64,000 bases of DNA from an uncultured archaeon (GTDB taxonomy: Archaea; Asgardarchaeota; Hermodarchaeia; Hermodarchaeales; Hermodarchaeaceae): NCBI GenBank assembly GCA_964347045.1, contig CAYFXC010000001.1, positions 187,256 to 251,255 on the forward strand, in the 5' to 3' direction. A program made the translations under genes and the position numbers. Under the pieces are notes generated by a model. That model saw only the letters and a list, made by a program, of their open reading frames with translations. It was not told where the DNA came from and made no database searches. Positions 57,422 to 64,000 of this stretch are shown here, in pieces. Every line of letters begins with the position of its first letter. Positions within the stretch are counted from its first letter, which is position 1.

Positions 57422-60093
57422 TGATGGAAAAGGAGGAAGTAATAATTTCACACCCGCTCAAACAGGTTGGAAGTGTCTGGTTCGGACTACTATCTCCTGA
57501 GATAATTCGAAAAATGAGTGTAACGCAGGTAATTACTGCTGACACATATGACGAGGATGGACTCCCCATTTCATCTGGGCTAATGGATCCCAAACTAGGA
57601 ACCATCGAACCCGGTCAACGGTGTAAATCCTGCGGGAACCGCGTCGGTGAATGTCCAGGTCACTTTGGGCACATTGAGCTGGCTCGTCCAGTTGTGCATG
57701 TTAGCTTTGCCAAACAGATTAAAAAATTCCTCAAGGCACTCTGTCGACGCTGTGCTCGATTAAAATTAAAGGAGGATTCTTGGCAAAAATTCAAAGAAAA
57801 GATGGATGCTAACTTCGAAAAGTTTACCCATCTTAACCAAGAAATTGCTGACGAAGTCCTCAAAGAAGCTGGAAAAGCTACGACTTGTCCCCATTGTGAA
57901 GCTGAACAATATAAGATTAAGTTTGAAAAACCCACCACTTTCTACGAAGAGAAAATGGAAGGTAGCGTACGTTTAACACCTACCGATATACGTGATCGTC
58001 TGGAACGAATTTCGCCTGATGACAGCTTCCTTATGGGAATCGATACGCGGGTTTCTCGTTCTGAATGGATGATATTAACAGTTCAACCCGTACCTCCTGT
58101 AGCCGTGCGACCATCCATTACATTAGAGTCGGGAGTAAAGTCCGAAGACGACCTCACCCACAAACTTGTCGATGTAATCCGGATTAATCAACGACTCCGA
58201 GAAAACATCGAAGCGGGTGCACCCCAGTTGATTGTTGAAGACCTTTGGGAACTACTTCAGTATCACATCACCACCTATTTCAACAATGAAGTCTCCGGTA
58301 TTCCTCCTGCTCGTCATCGATCTGGACGCGCCTTACGCACCTTAGCCCAGCGATTAAAAGGCAAAGAAGGTCGATTCCGAAGTAATCTCTCTGGAAAACG
58401 AGTTGATTTCTCAGCCAGAACGGTAATTTCACCTGATCCCAATCTATCTATAAACGAAGTTGGGGTTCCCTCTGAAATTGCTAAAACCCTAACGGTTCCT
58501 GAACGCGTCACTGAATGGAACATTGAAGACATGCGCGAACTCGTCCTTGAAGGCCCTCAAGGCTATCCCGGATGTAACTATGTCGTTCGTCCTGATGGTA
58601 AACGAATTGACCTACGGTATGTAAAAGACCGTAAGACAAATGCGGATGGCTTAGCACCCGGTTATATTATCGAAAGACATCTCAGGTCAGGTGACATCGT
58701 CCTTTTCAACCGTCAACCATCACTTCATCGCATGTCGATTATGGCCCATGAAGTTAAGGTAATGAAATACCGCACATTCCGGCTTCACCTAGTAGTCTGC
58801 CCCCCCTATAATGCAGACTTTGATGGAGATGAAATGAACCTTCATGTACCTCAAAGTGAAGAAGCACGAGCTGAAGCCCGAATCCTTATGCTTGTCCAAG
58901 AACAAATTCTAAGCCCGCGTTATGGCGGCCCAATCATAGGCGGTATTCAAGATTACATCTCATCTGCGTTTCTTCTTACCCGAAAGAATTCTGTATTTAA
59001 CAAGCGTCAAACTTGTCAGCTGTTAGCTTCAGCTGGTTACAGGGAAGATCTCCCTCCACCAACTATTATCGATCCAGAGCCAATGTGGACCGGAAAACAA
59101 ATTTTCAGTATGACTCTACCAAAGGGATTAAACCTATCACTAAAAGCCCGGATCTGTCAAAAATGTGATACTTGTCAAAAAGAACAATGCCAACATGATG
59201 CCTATGTACTTATCCGCGATGGACAACTCCTCTCAGGAGTAATTGATAAGAAAGCAATTGGCGCAGCACAACCTGAAAGCGTTCTACACCGAATCGCCAA
59301 AGATTATGGAAACTCTGCTGCTCGTAGATTCTTGGACGCCATTTGTCCATTACTTGTTGTTCTCATAACTAATATGGGCTTCAGCATGGGCATCGATGAC
59401 GTCATTCTAACCCCAACGGCAATTCGACAGATTGAACAGATTCTCACCGACGCAGAAACTGAAGGTAGTCAACTAGTTCAAATCTATGAAGCGGATGAAC
59501 TTCAGCGACTCCCAGGACGGTCTATTGAGGAAACCTTCGAAATGAAAATGATCGAAATTCTTGCACGTGCTCGTGACGAAGCTGGAGAAGTAGCCGAGCA
59601 GCAATTAGGACTTGATAAACACGCGGTAATAATGACCGGTACAGGTGCGAAAGGCAATCCTCTCAATCTTGCCCAAATGGCTGCTAGCGTCGGACAGCAA
59701 GCCGTACGTGGTCAGAGGATTTCTCGGGGATATCGAAGGCGAACTCTACCCCACTTTATTCAAGGCGATTTATCTCCGCAAGCACGAGGATTTGTAGTTG
59801 CCAGCTATCGAAAGGGATTGAATCCAATAGAGTTTTTCTTCCATGCCATGGGTGGTCGAGAAGGCCTAGTGGATACAGCAGTCCGTACTAGCACCAGTGG
59901 ATACATGCAACGCCGACTCATCAACGCTCTTCAAGATATTAAAGTCGAATATGATGGAACTGTAAGAAATTCATCAGGTGAGATTATTCAATTCAAATAC
60001 GGTGAAGATGGCGTCGATCCAGCTCGAAGTGACCACGGCAAAGCGATAAACCTAGATGTCATTATCGAACGCGTCTTAAGTGAGGAGAAGTGA
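57421..60093 (+). CDS. rpoA1: RNA polymerase subunit A' (Rpo1N)
   Basis: CPGHFGHIEL, NADFDGDEMN, TSTSGYMQRRL. Confidence 0.98.
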   Translation: MMEKEEVIISHPLKQVGSVWFGLLSPEIIRKMSVTQVITADTYDEDGLPISSGLMDPKLGTIEPGQRCKSCGNRVGECPGHFGHIELARPVVHVSFAKQIKKFLKALCRRCARLKLKEDSWQKFKEKMDANFEKFTHLNQEIADEVLKEAGKATTCPHCEAEQYKIKFEKPTTFYEEKMEGSVRLTPTDIRDRLERISPDDSFLMGIDTRVSRSEWMILTVQPVPPVAVRPSITLESGVKSEDDLTHKLVDVIRINQRLRENIEAGAPQLIVEDLWELLQYHITTYFNNEVSGIPPARHRSGRALRTLAQRLKGKEGRFRSNLSGKRVDFSARTVISPDPNLSINEVGVPSEIAKTLTVPERVTEWNIEDMRELVLEGPQGYPGCNYVVRPDGKRIDLRYVKDRKTNADGLAPGYIIERHLRSGDIVLFNRQPSLHRMSIMAHEVKVMKYRTFRLHLVVCPPYNADFDGDEMNLHVPQSEEARAEARILMLVQEQILSPRYGGPIIGGIQDYISSAFLLTRKNSVFNKRQTCQLLASAGYREDLPPPTIIDPEPMWTGKQIFSMTLPKGLNLSLKARICQKCDTCQKEQCQHDAYVLIRDGQLLSGVIDKKAIGAAQPESVLHRIAKDYGNSAARRFLDAICPLLVVLITNMGFSMGIDDVILTPTAIRQIEQILTDAETEGSQLVQIYEADELQRLPGRSIEETFEMKMIEILARARDEAGEVAEQQLGLDKHAVIMTGTGAKGNPLNLAQMAASVGQQAVRGQRISRGYRRRTLPHFIQGDLSPQARGFVVASYRKGLNPIEFFFHAMGGREGLVDTAVRTSTSGYMQRRLINALQDIKVEYDGTVRNSSGEIIQFKYGEDGVDPARSDHGKAINLDVIIERVLSEEK

Positions 60094-61308
<1,215 letters not shown>

Positions 61309-61512
61309 TCGAACGGCTTCAGGGGGATTTCCTTTAAATAAAATATATCATGCACATCACTAGAACTGCTACAGACTGTGCATAGAACTTAAAAGGGAGC
61401 GTTAAAATCTGCCAGCGATGCACCTCTATTCCGGAGCCCTTATATGTGACGATAGATAGCAACTTCGTTATAAGATGAATTGCGAATAAAAACATAAAAA
61501 AAGTGATACTTT

Positions 61513-61821
61513 ATGGATGCAGAAACTGCAATACGATTGGCTGTGAAATCCGGTAAAACGGTGTTCGGTGCTGACCGAACGCTACACTTACTTCGAACCG
61601 GATCTCCTCGTGTGGTTATTCTAGCGGCAAATGCGCCTACTAATGTGATTGATGAAATCGATTCGCTAGCAAAAACAAACCAAATACCGATTCACCAATT
61701 TCGAAGTAATAGTTGGGATTTGGGTCAAATATGTGGGCGTCCACATATGGTAGCAGCTATGGCTGTTTTAGAACCTGGTGACGCTGATATTACTGTTTTA
61801 ACTGGGGCTGGCAAGAAGTGA
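61513..61821 (+). CDS. rpl30e: 50S ribosomal protein eL30
   Basis: AVKSGK..FG, LGQICGRP, EPGDADI; conserved synteny. Confidence 0.95.
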   Translation: MDAETAIRLAVKSGKTVFGADRTLHLLRTGSPRVVILAANAPTNVIDEIDSLAKTNQIPIHQFRSNSWDLGQICGRPHMVAAMAVLEPGDADITVLTGAGKK

Positions 61822-62285
61822 CCACATCTGACATCAAACTAAACATCGAAGAAATCAAGCTGATGGCGCTATTTGGTGACATCACGGGTGCTGAAGTCAG
61901 AGACTGCATCGTTGATCAAGACGGAGAACGTATAATATTCGTGGTCAGTCCTGGGCATCTTGGGCTGGCCATTGGTCGGCGTGGTATGACAATCAAACGA
62001 GCCCGTACTATGCTCAAACGTGACATTGATGTTGTCGAAGACGCAGACACACCTGAAACATTTGTACGAAATGCATTAGCTCCAGCAAAGGTTACCACAG
62101 TCATTGTCCAAGAACAATCAAAGAGCCGCCGAGTTGCCGTTGTGACAGTGAACACCGAAAATCGTGGTCGAGTTATTGGAAGAAATGGTCGCAACATCGA
62201 ACGTGCACGGCTTCTCGCAAAACGCCATCACGGCATTGATGCTATTATCATCGCTGAACCTACACCAGAAACTCAGGGCGAATGA
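61818..62285 (+). CDS. nusA: Archaeal NusA (two KH domains)
   Basis: GLAIGRRG, VIGRNGRNI. Confidence 0.94.
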   Translation: MTTSDIKLNIEEIKLMALFGDITGAEVRDCIVDQDGERIIFVVSPGHLGLAIGRRGMTIKRARTMLKRDIDVVEDADTPETFVRNALAPAKVTTVIVQEQSKSRRVAVVTVNTENRGRVIGRNGRNIERARLLAKRHHGIDAIIIAEPTPETQGE

Positions 62286-62367
62286 TAACATCAACCGATA
62301 GATGGCAAAAGTTTTAAGCTTCTTCACGGAATCGCAGCACCCTGAATATTTACGAGGTAAAGTGAGA

Positions 62368-62811
62368 TTGCCCGGATCAAAATCGCCATCAGGAGAATTT
62401 GCTGGCCGAACGCTGAAGAAGAAACGGAAAAAGCTCCGATGGAAAGACCGATACTATAAGCGGCGAATGCTTCGCCTTGATGTGAAAGCAGATCCACTTG
62501 AAGGAAGTCCACAAGCACGTGCTATCGTTTTAGAAAAAGTGGGAATTGAATCAAAACAGCCCAATTCGGCAATTCGTAAATGTGTTCGAGTACAACTAAT
62601 TCGTAATGGTAGACAAATTACTGCCTTTCTTCCTGGTGATGGCGCGCTCACATATGTCGATGAACACGACGAAGTTATCGTTGAAGGAATTGGTGGCTCT
62701 CGAGGAAGAGCATTTGGCGACCTTCCGGGTGTTCGTTGGAAAGTCGTAAAATGCAATGGTGCTTCCTTGGAAGCGATGATAATTGGTAAAGTCGAAAAAC
62801 CGCAACGCTAA
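62368..62811 (+). CDS. rps12: 30S ribosomal protein uS12
   Basis: [28 protein letters not shown]. Confidence 0.98.
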   Translation: MPGSKSPSGEFAGRTLKKKRKKLRWKDRYYKRRMLRLDVKADPLEGSPQARAIVLEKVGIESKQPNSAIRKCVRVQLIRNGRQITAFLPGDGALTYVDEHDEVIVEGIGGSRGRAFGDLPGVRWKVVKCNGASLEAMIIGKVEKPQR

Positions 62812-62830
62812 CCAAAGGAGAAGATAAACT

Positions 62831-63469
62831 ATGTCTGCCGAATCACCCCCTGAGACAACAAAGCTCCCCGAAATCAAGATATTTGGCCGCTGGGAAACAA
62901 AGGATGTTGAAATAAACGACCAGGGCCTTGCTAAATACATTAGCCTTAAACCTGTTATCATTCCCCATACCTTCGGTCGTCATGAGCATCGTCGATTCGG
63001 TAAACGACAAGTTCCCATTGTGGAACGCTTTATCAACCGACTTATGACTCCTGGATGGGCTAGTCGACGTAGTCAAAGTGCCCGACAATCTGGACTCATT
63101 ACAGGCAAGAAATCAACTGCGATTCGAATTGTTAAATCTGCATTTGAAATCATACACTTACGCACGAATCAAAATCCTGTTCAAATTCTAATCCACGCAA
63201 TTGAAAATGCTGCACCTCGTGAAGAAACTACTCGAATATCATATGGGGGAATTAGCTACCACACTGCTTGTGATGTTGCACCTCTTCGACGCATCGATCT
63301 CGCGCTCCGCTTTATCTCAGAAAGCATCTGGCGTCGCAGCTTCAGTACTATCGAAGCAATTGAAGAGATTATTGCCGATGAGCTCATCGCCGCAGCTAAC
63401 CGCGATTCTCGTAGTAATGCTGTTCGGCGAAGAGAGGAAAAAGAACGGATGGCACTCTCAGCACGATAA
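62831..63469 (+). CDS. rps7: 30S ribosomal protein uS7
   Basis: VPIVERFINRL, NPVQ, APREE, EKERMA.SAR. Confidence 0.97.
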   Translation: MSAESPPETTKLPEIKIFGRWETKDVEINDQGLAKYISLKPVIIPHTFGRHEHRRFGKRQVPIVERFINRLMTPGWASRRSQSARQSGLITGKKSTAIRIVKSAFEIIHLRTNQNPVQILIHAIENAAPREETTRISYGGISYHTACDVAPLRRIDLALRFISESIWRRSFSTIEAIEEIIADELIAAANRDSRSNAVRRREEKERMALSAR

Positions 63470-63590
63470 ACTGTTTCTTGTCTTCTTCGGGGAACCCACA
63501 ACGCCAAAACAGTTTTATACGTCCCTCTTGAAGTGCCTTCACCTGCATATTTTATGCCAGCTTAAATTATTAAAAACGAGTTGAACAACA

Positions 63591-64000
63591 ATGTCCGAAA
63601 AGAAACCCCACATTAACCTCATCATCATTGGACATGTCGATCACGGCAAATCCACATTGATGGGGCACATGCTCTATAAAACTGGGGCTTTATCAAAACA
63701 AGAGATGGCAAAGCTCGAGAAGCTGGCCGAAGAGATGGATCGAGGATCCTTCAAGTTCGCTTACGTGATGGACCGTCTTAAAGAAGAACGGGAACGTGGT
63801 CTAACTATTGATCTTGCGTTCCGCCGATTTGAGACTCAGAAACACTACTTCACGATTATTGACGCTCCGGGTCACGCTGACTTCATTAAGAATATGATTA
63901 CCGGAGCCAGTCAAGCTGATGCTGCAATTCTAGTGGTTTCAGCGCGTAAGGGTGAGTTTGAAGCTGGCGTGGGTGCTGGTGGTCAGACGCGCGAGCACGC
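63591..64000 (+). CDS. tuf: Elongation factor 1-alpha (3' truncated by window)
   Basis: [42 protein letters not shown]. Confidence 0.97.
   Translation, partial: MSEKKPHINLIIIGHVDHGKSTLMGHMLYKTGALSKQEMAKLEKLAEEMDRGSFKFAYVMDRLKEERERGLTIDLAFRRFETQKHYFTIIDAPGHADFIKNMITGASQADAAILVVSARKGEFEAGVGAGGQTREH

Overview
Archaeal core-genome window, most likely Asgard (longin-fold protein, eS30, TFEbeta/RPC34-like, SMC-ScpAB, stand-alone 5S rRNA, rps7 directly followed by EF-1alpha). It is gene-dense and holds replication genes (Cdc6-GINS-MCM-Hel308, DnaG), transcription genes (TFB, TFE alpha/beta, rpoB/A1/A2, NusA), translation and RNA-modification genes, 11 tRNAs, 5S rRNA and SRP RNA. The main unusual signal is an expanded bulge-helix-bulge (BHB) intron system. 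Seven tRNAs carry 11 introns, 8 at non-canonical positions, including 8/9 and a three-intron tRNA-Met. A 28-nt BHB intron inside the dnaG coding sequence restores the frame and the conserved EGLLGED motif when removed. There is also a probable 31-nt BHB intron in the SRP RNA Alu domain and a non-catalytic (beta-type) EndA subunit. Other observations: two orphan structured RNAs (in front of rpoB and of a Trm5/Taw2 gene), several core genes with no ATG/GTG/TTG start, and a free-standing LAGLIDADG gene between tRNAs. The apparent split of rpoB is an Illumina P5 adapter artefact. All calls come from manual motif and base-pairing inspection; no searches or folding programs were run.
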